Positions 29,417 to 40,365 of a stretch of 64,000 nucleotides of DNA are shown one piece after another. The stretch is from an uncultured Candidatus Saccharibacteria bacterium (GTDB taxonomy: Bacteria; Patescibacteriota; Doudnabacteria; UBA920). Within the stretch, counting starts at the first letter, position 1. Each line of letters starts with the position of its first letter. The DNA is taken from positions 4,729 to 68,728 of the forward strand of contig CAYTCJ010000006.1 of the NCBI GenBank assembly GCA_964436545.1, written 5' to 3'. The translations under genes were made by a program, and so were the position numbers. A model generated the notes under the pieces. That model was not told the DNA's origin and searched no databases. It was given only the letters and a program-made list of their open reading frames with translations.

Positions 29417-31783
29417 TCAGGGATTTTGAACTATTTTCTCCAAATACCTAAGAAAAGGTTGCGCATAAGCTTTATTGAGCTTTTCTTCAAATACAATGAT
29501 GTGTTTTAGATTATCTGTCATAAACAGGCTTAAAATCTTATGTAAATTAAATAAAGCCTTCGGTACACTATATTGCTCAAAGGAATTACTAAAGCTTTTT
29601 GATACTGCCTCTAAATAGGGGTGAGTAAACTGCTCAAAGGGCAAATGGCCAATTATTAAAGTTTTAACCGCCAGTTTACCAATCACGCTGGGCGCATTGG
29701 GCATTGCGGTAGCCTTTAACACAAATTTATCTGATGCTAACAATAAACTATGCTGATGAATGGAAAAATTTCTTAAAATCTTATTACCGGAACTGCCTAA
29801 TTGCGGATGCAAAAAAGCAAAAGTTTGGAGATTGGAAAAATTATTGAAATAAAAATTTTTCACTTCCAAAGCATTCCCAAACAACACCGCTCCCGGCAAG
29901 GCTTTGGCGGAAATTAATGTCAAAATTTTACTTTCAGTTAGCGCTTGCGGATTGATTTCAACCTTAAACTTGGCTTTAGGTTTAAGAAAACTAAATAAGT
30001 CCTTCTGATTGGGAGTAAAGTTTTCTTGGTAACCATAGCCGGCCAAGCCTAACCGAGTTTGGTATAAATCCCAAACTGATTTGGCCGGTATGCTATCTAC
30101 CAAACTAACCGATTTAAAAACGTTAAAAATTTCCGCGGTCAATTGACTAATTTCAATTGGGCTTTTAATAAACACGCAAGCGGTGGCGGACATTTCCAAC
30201 CACTTGACCATATTCTCTTCGGGCAAAAAATAAGTGAGTAATTCCTCGGCTAAAGTGGCTAACTCCGAATGCTTAACTACTTCAGCTAAGTGTTTTAGTT
30301 TTTCGCTATAATTTTTGGCAGCCAAATGTATCTTGTCCCATTTCTCGGTTTCAATGTCGGAAATTTTTAAAGACAAAAAACCCGGCGGATTACTTTGCAA
30401 TAGCGCGTTAGTTAAACCAAAAAACAAATCGGCATCCGACAAACCGGCAATTACGACTTCCTTAAACTGAGCTTCTCCCACTGCGGTCTCGGGATTATAT
30501 ATATTTTTTAACAAGTAATTAATTTTACCCCAACTGATCTTCCGCCCAATACGAGCGGAAATGGCTTGCTCTAACTCATTTAAACCGCAAAAAATCACAT
30601 GAAATTTATGTTTCTCCGGATCTTTACTTAAGCTGGTAAAAGTCTCGTAGTCGCAAACATATTTGTGGTTGGCTGTTAAGCCGGTTAATTTTGCCCCGTT
30701 AATCAGATGTTTGTATTGCCCGCCAAAAAAAGACAAATTTAAATCTGCCAAAGTCGCAGTTTGCCAATTCGTTGCTTGCCAAACTAAAATTTTTAATATA
30801 AATTTTACTTCTTCTTTGCTTAATTCGGACTTCTGTTTTAAAGCTGTAAAGTTTTCTTGATTAAAACTATTTTCCTCCAAATAGCGTAAAGACAAGTTAG
30901 TGGTTTGGCTAATTTCCAAAGCGTGTAAATTGCCCGGCACCACTAAAATATAAGGCGGGTTTTGTTTGGACACGCTTTGGGCAACCCCCTGTATATACTG
31001 GGAAGATAACGGATAATTATTAAAAGTGTTGCGTTGGGGCAAATTTACTGTTCCAAAAGAAGTGGCTGGCTGTTTTTTGCTCTTAAGTTTACCTGCACCT
31101 CTCCCTGCAAAATTTTTTAAACTTTCTGTCCAAAAAAAATTTTGCTTTTCCGACCACTTAATAATTTCCTGCTTTAAACCTGCCGGAAAACTGGCAAACC
31201 TGTCCAGTAACCCCGCCAAAACTTTAACCGTGGCTTTGGCATCTGCCAAAGCTCGGTGAGCTTCGGTATGAGGCACACCAAAATAGTGCATTAAATTTTC
31301 CAAATTGTATGACTGGTGAGTGGGTAAAATAAATTGAGCTAAATCCAAAGTATCAATTTCGCCCGGCTCAAATTGCAGTCCTAAACTTTTTAAAAATCCT
31401 AAATCAAAATTAATGTTATGCCCAACGATTATGGCATTTTTAAGTAAGGCCTGAATTTCGGGTAAACACTCTTGGAGGTTGGCTCCGGTATCCAATTCGG
31501 TTTGCGTAATGCCTGTTAATCCTAAAATAATTTGTGTAACCGCTTGTTGGGGTTTAAACAACCAAGTGTATTCTTTGCCTAACTTAATTTTATTTTTTTC
31601 CAAAGTAAAAAACACAAAACCGATTTCTAAAATTTCGTCTTTTTGCGGATCAAACCCCGTCGTCTCAATATCTAAACTGCAATAAACCCGCCCAGCCTTA
31701 CCCAATGACAATTTGGGGTCTTTTAAAACCGATTGTGGGTTAGATGGCAACGCGGAAGCGGAAATTTTTTCTTTTTTAGGCAT
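29417..31783 (-). CDS. DEDDh 3'-5' exonuclease fused to a degenerate DinG-like helicase region
   Basis: LDIETTG, VGHNINFD, HRALADA; C-terminal LPF motif; no clear Walker A. Confidence 0.8.
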   Translation of the reverse strand: MPKKEKISASALPSNPQSVLKDPKLSLGKAGRVYCSLDIETTGFDPQKDEILEIGFVFFTLEKNKIKLGKEYTWLFKPQQAVTQIILGLTGITQTELDTGANLQECLPEIQALLKNAIIVGHNINFDLGFLKSLGLQFEPGEIDTLDLAQFILPTHQSYNLENLMHYFGVPHTEAHRALADAKATVKVLAGLLDRFASFPAGLKQEIIKWSEKQNFFWTESLKNFAGRGAGKLKSKKQPATSFGTVNLPQRNTFNNYPLSSQYIQGVAQSVSKQNPPYILVVPGNLHALEISQTTNLSLRYLEENSFNQENFTALKQKSELSKEEVKFILKILVWQATNWQTATLADLNLSFFGGQYKHLINGAKLTGLTANHKYVCDYETFTSLSKDPEKHKFHVIFCGLNELEQAISARIGRKISWGKINYLLKNIYNPETAVGEAQFKEVVIAGLSDADLFFGLTNALLQSNPPGFLSLKISDIETEKWDKIHLAAKNYSEKLKHLAEVVKHSELATLAEELLTYFLPEENMVKWLEMSATACVFIKSPIEISQLTAEIFNVFKSVSLVDSIPAKSVWDLYQTRLGLAGYGYQENFTPNQKDLFSFLKPKAKFKVEINPQALTESKILTLISAKALPGAVLFGNALEVKNFYFNNFSNLQTFAFLHPQLGSSGNKILRNFSIHQHSLLLASDKFVLKATAMPNAPSVIGKLAVKTLIIGHLPFEQFTHPYLEAVSKSFSNSFEQYSVPKALFNLHKILSLFMTDNLKHIIVFEEKLNKAYAQPFLRYLEKIVQNP

Positions 31784-31802
31784 ACACCCATATTACACTA
31801 AA

Positions 31803-31852
31803 ATTTACAAAATAAAAACGCCCTCATAATGAGGACGTTTTTATTTTGTAAA
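31803..31852. terminator. Long hairpin after recA
   Basis: tttacaaaataaaaacg..cgtttttattttgtaaa. Confidence 0.65.
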
Positions 31853-31855
31853 AAA

Positions 31856-32929
31856 CTATTCAGTTTTCTCTTCGCTTTCCGTAATACTTACCGGCACTGT
31901 ATCGCCGGCTTTGACTTTGGCCCTTACTGCTACATCTATCTCCTTAAATACCTCTCCGTTATCTTTTAAAAAGGCCTTGGCATTTTCTCTACCCACCCCC
32001 AATTTTACTTGTCCAAACATATGCGTATTACCCGATTTTTCTATAACTCCGAGCAGTAAACCCGTATCTAACAAATCCCCCACCGCCGAAATACCTTCGT
32101 TATACATAATATCAAACTCTGTGGTTCGAAACGGAGGCGCGACTTTATTTTTAACCACTTTAATTTTTACCCGATTGCCAACAATTTTTTCTCCATTTTT
32201 GATTTGAGCCGTTCGCCTCACTTCAATTCTTACGCTGGCATAAAACTTTAAAGCATTACCTCCGGTAGTCGTTTCGGGGTTGCCAAACATTACCCCAATC
32301 TTCATTCTAATCTGGTTAATAAAGATTACTGTGGTTTGGCTCTTGGAAATAATCCCGGTGAGTTTTCTTAAAGCCTGAGACATTAACCGAGCCTGCAGTC
32401 CCATATGACTATCACCCATTTCCCCTTCAATTTCATTTCTCGGAGTCAAGGCTGCCACAGAATCAATCACAATTAAATCTAACGCATTACTTCTTACCAA
32501 AGTCTCACAAATATCTAACGCCTGTTCTCCGTTATCGGGTTGAGAAATTAATAAATCTTCCAACTTAACCCCGATTTTTTTTGCATACTCAGGGTCCAAA
32601 GCGTGCTCGGCATCTATAAAGGCCGCAAGTCCGCCCTTTTTCTGAGCTTCCGCAATCATATGCAAAGTTAAAGTGGTTTTACCCGAACTTTCCGGACCAT
32701 AAATTTCAATAATTCTACCTTTAGGAATCCCTCCCACACCTAAAGCCAAATCTAAACTAATGCTCCCCGTGGGAATCGCCTCAATATTTAAAGCTTTGGA
32801 ATCAGACAACTTCATAATACTGCCATCACCAAACTTGTCTTTAATTTGGTCCAAAGCCGACTCCACAGCTTTCCACCTGCCCGGATTAACCTTGTCAGTG
32901 CCGGTAATTTTTAAATTGGTTTTTGCCAT
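31856..32929 (-). CDS. recA: Recombinase RecA
   Basis: [26 protein letters not shown]; start ATG 32929. Confidence 0.98.
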   Translation of the reverse strand: MAKTNLKITGTDKVNPGRWKAVESALDQIKDKFGDGSIMKLSDSKALNIEAIPTGSISLDLALGVGGIPKGRIIEIYGPESSGKTTLTLHMIAEAQKKGGLAAFIDAEHALDPEYAKKIGVKLEDLLISQPDNGEQALDICETLVRSNALDLIVIDSVAALTPRNEIEGEMGDSHMGLQARLMSQALRKLTGIISKSQTTVIFINQIRMKIGVMFGNPETTTGGNALKFYASVRIEVRRTAQIKNGEKIVGNRVKIKVVKNKVAPPFRTTEFDIMYNEGISAVGDLLDTGLLLGVIEKSGNTHMFGQVKLGVGRENAKAFLKDNGEVFKEIDVAVRAKVKAGDTVPVSITESEEKTE

Positions 32930-33057
32930 ATTTTTATAGTTACAGAACTTACACACTGAGCCGATATATAGGTTGGGCTGGGCTCAACCTAACAGGGACG
33001 GTATGAAAATTCCGATTTAATATTCAACCCAAATTCTAAAGTCATCATAACACATTT

Positions 33058-33996
33058 TCACTGTTTGCTAAAAATTAAATTTTCAATTTTTTCGCCTTCT
33101 CTACCTAAAATCCCCAAATTTTTGCCATTAAAACTAGCCTTCACCATTCCGGCGTTACTCACCGACAAGGTCAGCTGATTAAACTGTTCAAACATAGCCG
33201 TTTGTCCCGCTGAGTAAACTTTCTTTACTTGAGCTTGACCCTCTAAGCTATAACCCAACTCCACATTGCCTAAAAATTCCAAATCCAATACGGTGCGATT
33301 AGTCTCCGCTCCCGATTCGCTATGCTTGCCTTGACCAATTACTGTAAGCTGTTTGGTCAAACTTCGCCTAAACCGATTGGTGGCCACAATCACCAATTCT
33401 TTGGGCCCGGCCGATAACCCCACATTGGTAAAAAATTTACCTTCGCTGTTTACAAACACCGGTTCATTATTTACCGTGACAGTCGCGCTCGGATCGGTTC
33501 GGCCTTCCACGGCAATAAAAGTTTTATCGGTGGCGGTAAGATTTTGTGGAGAGATAATTTCCAATAAAGGGGTTTGGGCGATCGCAAAAACTTGCCAAAT
33601 AATATAGATTAAAGTAAACGCAATAAACAACACGCTTACCCCAAGGGTAATAACTTTCGGCGTTAAAGTGAAATTTTCCCAAAATAAAAAACGTTTTTGA
33701 GCATGTTTATTTTTTGCTTGAATTATTTGCTGGCTAACGGTTTGTTCCAATTCATACTGATCAATTAACACTTGACTGTCTAACCCATAGACTTTGGCTA
33801 ATTTTTGCAAAAATCCTTTTACATAAACTTTGGCCGGCAAATGACCGTAATCGCCCTTTTCCAATAACATCAATGCCTTGGCCGGAATTCCGGTTTGTTT
33901 TACCAAATCCGAAATAGACAATTTAAAACTTTGCCGAACATTACATAAATATTCAGATAAAGTTTCTACTTTAATTTTTTGTTGTAGAAAAGCCAC
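33058..33996 (-). CDS. RodZ-like HTH membrane protein with Ig-like and DUF4115-like domains
   Basis: N-terminal HTH (LEKGDY..YVKGFL), single TM, C-terminal VSNAG..NGKNLG. Confidence 0.75.
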   Translation of the reverse strand: MAFLQQKIKVETLSEYLCNVRQSFKLSISDLVKQTGIPAKALMLLEKGDYGHLPAKVYVKGFLQKLAKVYGLDSQVLIDQYELEQTVSQQIIQAKNKHAQKRFLFWENFTLTPKVITLGVSVLFIAFTLIYIIWQVFAIAQTPLLEIISPQNLTATDKTFIAVEGRTDPSATVTVNNEPVFVNSEGKFFTNVGLSAGPKELVIVATNRFRRSLTKQLTVIGQGKHSESGAETNRTVLDLEFLGNVELGYSLEGQAQVKKVYSAGQTAMFEQFNQLTLSVSNAGMVKASFNGKNLGILGREGEKIENLIFSKQ

Positions 33997-34060
33997 GTTA
34001 CAAATTCCTCATAGCTCGTAAACTCTAAAAAAAACCCTTGCCTAAAAATTGTTAAAATTA

Positions 34061-36298
34061 TTAAACCGTTTCCTGAGAATTTTCTGCAGTGTCGTCTGTA
34101 CTTTCGGCGCCATACTCCTCTCTCTCTTCATTCGATACCCCAAAAACTTCTCTGGGTTTGGCACCTTCTCCCGGACCAATAATCCCTTTGGCTTCCAAAA
34201 TGTCCAACAGCCTTGCAGCCCGAGCATAACCGACTCTTAAACGTCTTTGTAATAAACTGGCGGAAGCCTTGCCCGCCCGCCTCACTTCTTCTGTAGCTTC
34301 TAATAACAAAGGGTCATCCTCGCCTTCATCTTCAAAACCCGGCACTCCTAGAGCCCTTTTTGGTTTTTCGATAATAGTGTCATCGTAAATTGGCGAACCG
34401 GCTTGTTGCTTAAAGAAGTCCACAACTTTTTTAACTTCTTTTTCATTTATATAGGCGCCTTGAACGCGTTTGGGTTTATTAAATTCCGCGGAAGTATATA
34501 GCATATCGCCATTACCTAAAAGCTTTTCCGCTCCCGAGGAATCTAAAATGGTTCGGCTATCTACCTGACTGGCAACCGCAAAAGCAATGCGGGAAGTAAT
34601 ATTCGCTTTAATTAAACCGGTAATAATATCCACGCTCGGTCTTTGCGTCGCGACTACCAAGTGAATCCCTACGGCCCTAGCCATTTGCGCTAACCTGACA
34701 ATAGCGGCTTCTACATCGGCCTGAGCCACTGCCATTAAATCCGCAAGCTCATCAACCAAAATGACAATGTAAGGCATTGAGAGTTCTGTGGACTCGTTAT
34801 ATTCCAAAAGATTTCTCTTCCCCACTTCAGCCAATAACTTATATCGTCTATCCATTTCCGCCACCGCCCACTTTAAAGAATTCACAGCCTTTTCGTGGTC
34901 AGTAATGACCGGCGTCAATAAATGCGGAATACCATTATATAAATTTAGCTCCACTCTTTTCGGATCAATCACAATAAATTTTACATCTTGAGGCGTATTT
35001 CTATATAACAAAGAAATAAACAAACTATTAATTGCCACGCTTTTTCCGGTTCCGGTGGCTCCGGCAATTAATAAGTGGGGCATTTTTGCCAAATCCGCCA
35101 CCATGGGCAGACCAGCCACATCTCGGCCAATCGATAAAGCCAACTTAGATTTATGATCCACAAACTGAGTGGTCTGCATAACATCTCTAATTCGCACAAT
35201 GGCCGTAGATTTATTCGGCACCTCAATACCAACCAAAGCTTTCCCCGGAATCGGCAATTCCATACGTAACGAATGCGCCGATAACGCTAAAGCCAAGTTG
35301 TCTTGTAAAGCGGCAATCTGCGAAAGTCGTATGCCGGCAGCGGGCCTTAAAGTATATTGGGTAACCGTCGGGCCCACGTTCACTTCTCCCATATCCACTT
35401 CTAAACCAAAATCAGCCAAAGTTTTTTTAATAATCGCCACATTGGCTTCTATATTGCCACTATCCACGCTAGCCTCAGCACTGTCTAATAAATCAAAGGG
35501 AGGCAATTTCCAATCTTTTCTATCTTTAATGGTAATGGCTTCCAATTGAATTTGAGCGGTTTTACCCAAACTGTTAACCGCGATAGTGGTTTTGGTGTTT
35601 GGGGTATTTGGGGTATCGGTTTCATCATCTTCGTCCGAAGTTTTCAGTTTAACATTACTACTCGGCACCTTATCTTTACTAAACCCCAAACTTCCCAAAC
35701 TGTTAATTTTTAATTTCTCCTTATCGGCTTTGGGGGTTTCCACTTCTTTGGCAGTACTCGGCCACAATAAATGTAGCGCAATATCAAAAGCCACTAAAAT
35801 GCCAATTACACATAAAGCCACGAGCACAATCTCACTCGCAATAAAACCCAAAAACCGAAAAGCCAAACCGCCAAAAATTGCCCCCAAAAAACCGCCGGCT
35901 TGGCCGGCTTTGGCTAAAGCAAAAGCATTATAACCATTATTCAAATAAAACGCGTGAATAATTCCGGCCAAAGCTCCGACAAACAATAAAGCGCCAAAAT
36001 AAATTCTAAAATAAAAAGTGGTTTCTTTATTTTCCGGCATTTGTTGCTTATTCAGCAAGACTGCCACCACTAAAAAAAATAGAGGTACGGCATAAGCCAA
36101 CACGCCACTAATCCAAGACAGCCCTTGCATAAAACCCCGGCCAAAACTTCCGGCCAAGTTAAATACCGCCAAACAGGCAATTAATGCCATCACACCAAAA
36201 ATTACTACGGCGACTCCTCGTTTGGTATCGGCTGACAAGTTTAATTTAGGAGTTTCAAATTTTATTTCTTCTTTATCGATTTTTTTTCTTCTCCCCAT
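34061..36298 (-). CDS. ftsK: DNA translocase FtsK
   Basis: 4 TM, PHLLIAGATGTGKS, ATQRPSVD, gamma domain LQRRLRVGYARAARL. Confidence 0.96.
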   Translation of the reverse strand: MGRRKKIDKEEIKFETPKLNLSADTKRGVAVVIFGVMALIACLAVFNLAGSFGRGFMQGLSWISGVLAYAVPLFFLVVAVLLNKQQMPENKETTFYFRIYFGALLFVGALAGIIHAFYLNNGYNAFALAKAGQAGGFLGAIFGGLAFRFLGFIASEIVLVALCVIGILVAFDIALHLLWPSTAKEVETPKADKEKLKINSLGSLGFSKDKVPSSNVKLKTSDEDDETDTPNTPNTKTTIAVNSLGKTAQIQLEAITIKDRKDWKLPPFDLLDSAEASVDSGNIEANVAIIKKTLADFGLEVDMGEVNVGPTVTQYTLRPAAGIRLSQIAALQDNLALALSAHSLRMELPIPGKALVGIEVPNKSTAIVRIRDVMQTTQFVDHKSKLALSIGRDVAGLPMVADLAKMPHLLIAGATGTGKSVAINSLFISLLYRNTPQDVKFIVIDPKRVELNLYNGIPHLLTPVITDHEKAVNSLKWAVAEMDRRYKLLAEVGKRNLLEYNESTELSMPYIVILVDELADLMAVAQADVEAAIVRLAQMARAVGIHLVVATQRPSVDIITGLIKANITSRIAFAVASQVDSRTILDSSGAEKLLGNGDMLYTSAEFNKPKRVQGAYINEKEVKKVVDFFKQQAGSPIYDDTIIEKPKRALGVPGFEDEGEDDPLLLEATEEVRRAGKASASLLQRRLRVGYARAARLLDILEAKGIIGPGEGAKPREVFGVSNEEREEYGAESTDDTAENSQETV

Positions 36299-36456
36299 AC
36301 AATTTTATATTGCTTTCGCTATTTACTACTTACTCAACGCTACTTACTAATATTATTCTACCATTTTTCAACCAAATTTAAAACCCCTCCAATCACGATT
36401 GGAGGGGTTTTGGATCAGCGTTATATCAGCGTATCCATCAGCGACGATCGGCTTTG

Positions 36457-37032
36457 CTACAAACCTTTAACCTTAACTTTTTTGGTTTTGGCTTTGGCCG
36501 CCTTGGGAATAATTACGGTTAAAATTCCATCTTTCAAATCCGCTTCAATTTCTTCGCTATCAATATCCACGGGAATTATGACACTTCTGGAAAAGTTTCC
36601 CCAATAACATTCCTGATAAAAATAATCGTCCTGGCTTATATTATCTTCTTTCTTTCTGGCTCCTTTAATAGTCAGCATGTCATTAGCCACCGTAATATCT
36701 ATATCTTCCGGTCTTACTCCCGCAATGGTGGATTTAATAATTACATTATCCTTAGTCTGAAACATGTCTATGTTTAACTGACCTTCGTAATCATTGAGCC
36801 AATCCTCGCCTTCTTTGGCTTTAGTAGGAGTTGCTACTTTGGCACTGGCCACAGCCACTTCTACCTCCGGTTCTTCCCCCCCCTCTTCGGTTTCTTCCAC
36901 TTCTTCCACAATTAACTCCTCAACTTCTTCCATATCTTCTACGGGTTGCTGTGAAACTGCCACCGGACTGGCGGATTCTTCGGTTACATTACCTCCCATG
37001 ATTTTTCCAAAAAATGAACTTTTTTTTGCCAT
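36457..37032 (-). CDS. Hsp20/alpha-crystallin protein with acidic N-terminus
   Basis: ECYWGNFSRSV, LKDGILTV. Confidence 0.9.
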   Translation of the reverse strand: MAKKSSFFGKIMGGNVTEESASPVAVSQQPVEDMEEVEELIVEEVEETEEGGEEPEVEVAVASAKVATPTKAKEGEDWLNDYEGQLNIDMFQTKDNVIIKSTIAGVRPEDIDITVANDMLTIKGARKKEDNISQDDYFYQECYWGNFSRSVIIPVDIDSEEIEADLKDGILTVIIPKAAKAKTKKVKVKGL

Positions 37033-37128
37033 ATATGTTATATCTTTTCACCCTCTAAATAATTGTCTAAAATCATCATAAACCATAAACTTAGACTCGT
37101 CAATTCCGTGAAGCACTTAAGTTGGCAG

Positions 37129-37833
37129 TCAAATTTTACCCGCTAAAAGCATTTTAAAATAACTCACTACATACTTATAGACAGTCTGAAACATGCCATA
37201 CTGCTGATATCGTCTCCCGCTGGTATAAACCCAAAGTTTGGGTGAAACAATTATTTTACCCCAAGCATACAATTTTTTTACCACACTGATTTCATCGCCA
37301 TAAAATTGTGTCTCGTTTCCAAAACCCCCAATGCGATTTAAAGCCGAATGTTTTATCGCCATCATCCCTCCCACCATATGAGAAGTTTTTTTAAAAACTT
37401 TATCCGCAAAAAATATCCACGGATAAATACAGAAATAAGTCCCAAAAGTCTGAATAACTTTAACGAGAAAACTCATTTCGTAATATTTGTAATGAGTGGA
37501 TACTGCCACCACTTGATGTGGCTGAATTATGCCTAATAGATTTTTCAGCCAAAACCGATGCGGTAAACGCACGTCAGCATCTAAAAAAATCAATAGCTCA
37601 CCTTGGGCATTTTTAAACCCGGCTTGTCTGGCACTTACCACCCCGGGCTCGGTTTCCACAATAATTTTGGCTTGGGGACACTGTGCTTTTGCCTTTAGCA
37701 CGGTTTTGTCTGTAGACTGATTATCTACCACTAAAATTTCTATAGGCTCTTCGGTTACCTGTGAAGCCACGGAAGCCAAACACTCCGCAATATACTCCGC
37801 TTCATTTTTGGCTGAAATAATAAAAGATATCAT
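37129..37833 (-). CDS. Glycosyltransferase family 2
   Basis: VVDNQSTD, FLDAD, SGRR. Confidence 0.88.
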   Translation of the reverse strand: MISFIISAKNEAEYIAECLASVASQVTEEPIEILVVDNQSTDKTVLKAKAQCPQAKIIVETEPGVVSARQAGFKNAQGELLIFLDADVRLPHRFWLKNLLGIIQPHQVVAVSTHYKYYEMSFLVKVIQTFGTYFCIYPWIFFADKVFKKTSHMVGGMMAIKHSALNRIGGFGNETQFYGDEISVVKKLYAWGKIIVSPKLWVYTSGRRYQQYGMFQTVYKYVVSYFKMLLAGKI

Positions 37834-38447
37834 AAAATTTTAGCCACCACTCGGCACAGACCGGCCTCTGCTTCCAGCTTAGCGGGTAAGGCAACAATTT
37901 CCCAATTTGGATAGGCGAATAGTGTTTCTAAATTGGTTAAATTTTCAATAATTAAAATATCTTGTTTCAATAAAATTTTATGCACGCCATAAGGTGCTTT
38001 GTCCGGACTGGGAGTATCCATACCCACCATAGCAACACCCAATTCCACTAACTTTTTGGCAAACCCTTCACTGATTACCGGATAATTTAAATAATACTCA
38101 TCGTTATGAAATACCTCAGACCAGCCAAAACAAATTAGCACAACATCTCCCGACTTAATATCCATACCGGATAATAATTCTGCCCCCACCGATGTTTTGC
38201 CCCGCGCGTCTATAACCACCCCTCGTCCAAAAAATTTTTCTACCGGATATTCGTTTAATAACTTGCCACCCATAAGCATATGACTGGGCGCGTCCATATG
38301 CGTGCCCACATGCAAACTGGTGTTTAAATGAAAATGACTAAAACCGTCTTTTTCTACAAAAGTCGTTTGTTTAAGCTCAGAGGCCGGATCCCCGGGGAAC
38401 ACCGGCATTTGTCCATTAAAAGTGTGAGTTAAATCTATATATCTCAT
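37830..38447 (-). CDS. Cyclase / kynurenine formamidase family metallo-amidohydrolase
   Basis: HVGTHMDAPSH, GMDTPSPD, IIENL. Confidence 0.9.
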   Translation of the reverse strand: MRYIDLTHTFNGQMPVFPGDPASELKQTTFVEKDGFSHFHLNTSLHVGTHMDAPSHMLMGGKLLNEYPVEKFFGRGVVIDARGKTSVGAELLSGMDIKSGDVVLICFGWSEVFHNDEYYLNYPVISEGFAKKLVELGVAMVGMDTPSPDKAPYGVHKILLKQDILIIENLTNLETLFAYPNWEIVALPAKLEAEAGLCRVVAKIL

Positions 38448-39526
38448 TTGATTGCGATCCCAACTGCTTCCTTAATATTTTTAAACCCATCACGCGCTAA
38501 AAGCTTTACCAAACCCTGATTAATTTTTTTTACCACAGAGGGTCCTTCGTAAACCAGCCCGGTATAAATTTGCACTAAACTGGCTCCGGCCTGAATTTTT
38601 TCATAAGCACTTTCCGCGCTATCTACTCCACCCAGTCCAATTAGGCAAGGTCGCTTGAGTAATTTATAGGCATGACTAATCAGATCATTTGATTGGCTAT
38701 AAATTGGCTTACCCGAGAGCCCCCCTTTGCCAATCCGGTCTAATTCCTCTTGAGGAGTTTTAAGTCCTGCTCGATGTTTAGAGGTATTGGTTAACACATA
38801 CCCATTAACTTTATGAGCTTCGCATACTTCTAAAATTTTTTCCAGTTCCGCGAAACTTACATCGGGTGAAATTTTTACCAAAATGGGTTTATGTTCATGA
38901 AACTGAGCTTGCACTTTATTTATTTCTCCCAATAGCGTATTTAAGGCTACCGGATCTTCAAAAGTTTTACCTTCTAGGGTATTGGGACAACTGACATTTA
39001 TGGTAATGTATTGTCCAAACGGATACATTTTTTTAAAAGTATATAAAAAATCAGCTACTGCCTTGTCGCCTAAAATCTGCGGATCGTGGGTTTTGGCAAT
39101 ATTTATACCAAACGGCAAAGACGAAATAAAGTTTTGGAGTTTTTTTTCCATTGCATCGGCGCCAATATTTGCTAACCCCACTCGATTGATTACAGCTCTG
39201 TCTTTAGGCAGTCTAAAAATTCTCGGCTTAGGGTTGCCTGTGCTAAATTTGGCGGTAATGTTTCCACATTCCATAAAGCCAAACCCTAAAGCCTGCCAAA
39301 AACTTAATGCCTGAGCGCTTTTATCAAACCCGGCAGCCAGACCAATGGGGTTTAATAAATCCATACCTAAAAAGTTGGTGCGCAGAGCCTGGTGTTCAAA
39401 ATGAAAAAAAGTTTTAACTAAAAAAGACAGCCGGGCTTGGCTTAACCCAGTGGCCAACTGGAGGGTGGTCTCATGAACTTTTTCCGAATCAAATTGAAAT
39501 AAAACTGGCCGAATTAATTTATACAT
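38444..39526 (-). CDS. pyrD: Quinone-dependent dihydroorotate dehydrogenase
   Basis: NPIGLAAGFDK, GNPKPRIFRL, NVSCPNT, GGLSGKP. Confidence 0.94.
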   Translation of the reverse strand: MYKLIRPVLFQFDSEKVHETTLQLATGLSQARLSFLVKTFFHFEHQALRTNFLGMDLLNPIGLAAGFDKSAQALSFWQALGFGFMECGNITAKFSTGNPKPRIFRLPKDRAVINRVGLANIGADAMEKKLQNFISSLPFGINIAKTHDPQILGDKAVADFLYTFKKMYPFGQYITINVSCPNTLEGKTFEDPVALNTLLGEINKVQAQFHEHKPILVKISPDVSFAELEKILEVCEAHKVNGYVLTNTSKHRAGLKTPQEELDRIGKGGLSGKPIYSQSNDLISHAYKLLKRPCLIGLGGVDSAESAYEKIQAGASLVQIYTGLVYEGPSVVKKINQGLVKLLARDGFKNIKEAVGIAIK

Positions 39527-40360
39527 TTATCGATATTGATTAATTTCATCTCGGAGTTTTTTTGCTTCTTCTTGAGGGTTATTTGCAAAAATTATCCCGC
39601 GGGAGGAGTTAATAATCATGCCTAATTTTTGTGAATTGATGCCCGCTTTAACCACCGCTTCTACATCTCCACCTTGGGCGCCCACTCCCGGCACTAACAA
39701 AGTCATATCACCCACTATTGCCCGAACCACCTTCATTTCCTCAGGGTAAGTGGCGCCCACCACCAGCATACAATTGTGGTTATAATTCCAGTCTTGGGAT
39801 ACTTTTTCTGCCACCATTTGCCAAATGGATTTCACCCCTCCCTTACCCTCCCCATCTAGGGGAGGGAACGGCACACAAAGATCTTGCAATTCTCCGGCTC
39901 CGGGATTAGAAGTCCGACAGAGAATAATCGATGCTTTATCTGCCCTGTCTAAAAATGGTTTTAAGGCTTCTTTGCCTAAGTACGGATGTAAAGTAATCGC
40001 ATCAAAACCCATTTCATCAAATACCGCTTTCACATAACCTAAATTAGTATTGCCAATATCCGCCCGTTTGGCATCACATATGGTTAAAACATCCGGATAT
40101 TTATTCTGCAAATAATTTATGGTCATTTTTAACTCTTTTAAACCCTGTTCACCTCTGGCTTCATAAAATGCCATGTTGGGCTTAAAGGCAGAAACAAATT
40201 CTACAGTCTCATCTATTATCCATTTATTAAACTCAAACTGAGGAAACTCTTTGGCTTTAAAATCGGCAGGAATTTTTTCAAACTCACTATCTAAACCCAC
40301 ACACACTAAAGAATTAACTTTTTTGGCTCTTAAATTATATTTTTCAATATTTTGATGCAT
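39527..40360 (-). CDS. pyrF: Orotidine-5'-phosphate decarboxylase (type 2) with in-frame palindromic insert
   Basis: CVGLD, DAKRADIGNT, RTSNPG, LVPGVGAQGG, NSSRGI. Confidence 0.94.
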   Translation of the reverse strand: MHQNIEKYNLRAKKVNSLVCVGLDSEFEKIPADFKAKEFPQFEFNKWIIDETVEFVSAFKPNMAFYEARGEQGLKELKMTINYLQNKYPDVLTICDAKRADIGNTNLGYVKAVFDEMGFDAITLHPYLGKEALKPFLDRADKASIILCRTSNPGAGELQDLCVPFPPLDGEGKGGVKSIWQMVAEKVSQDWNYNHNCMLVVGATYPEEMKVVRAIVGDMTLLVPGVGAQGGDVEAVVKAGINSQKLGMIINSSRGIIFANNPQEEAKKLRDEINQYR

Positions 40361-40365
40361 AAAAA

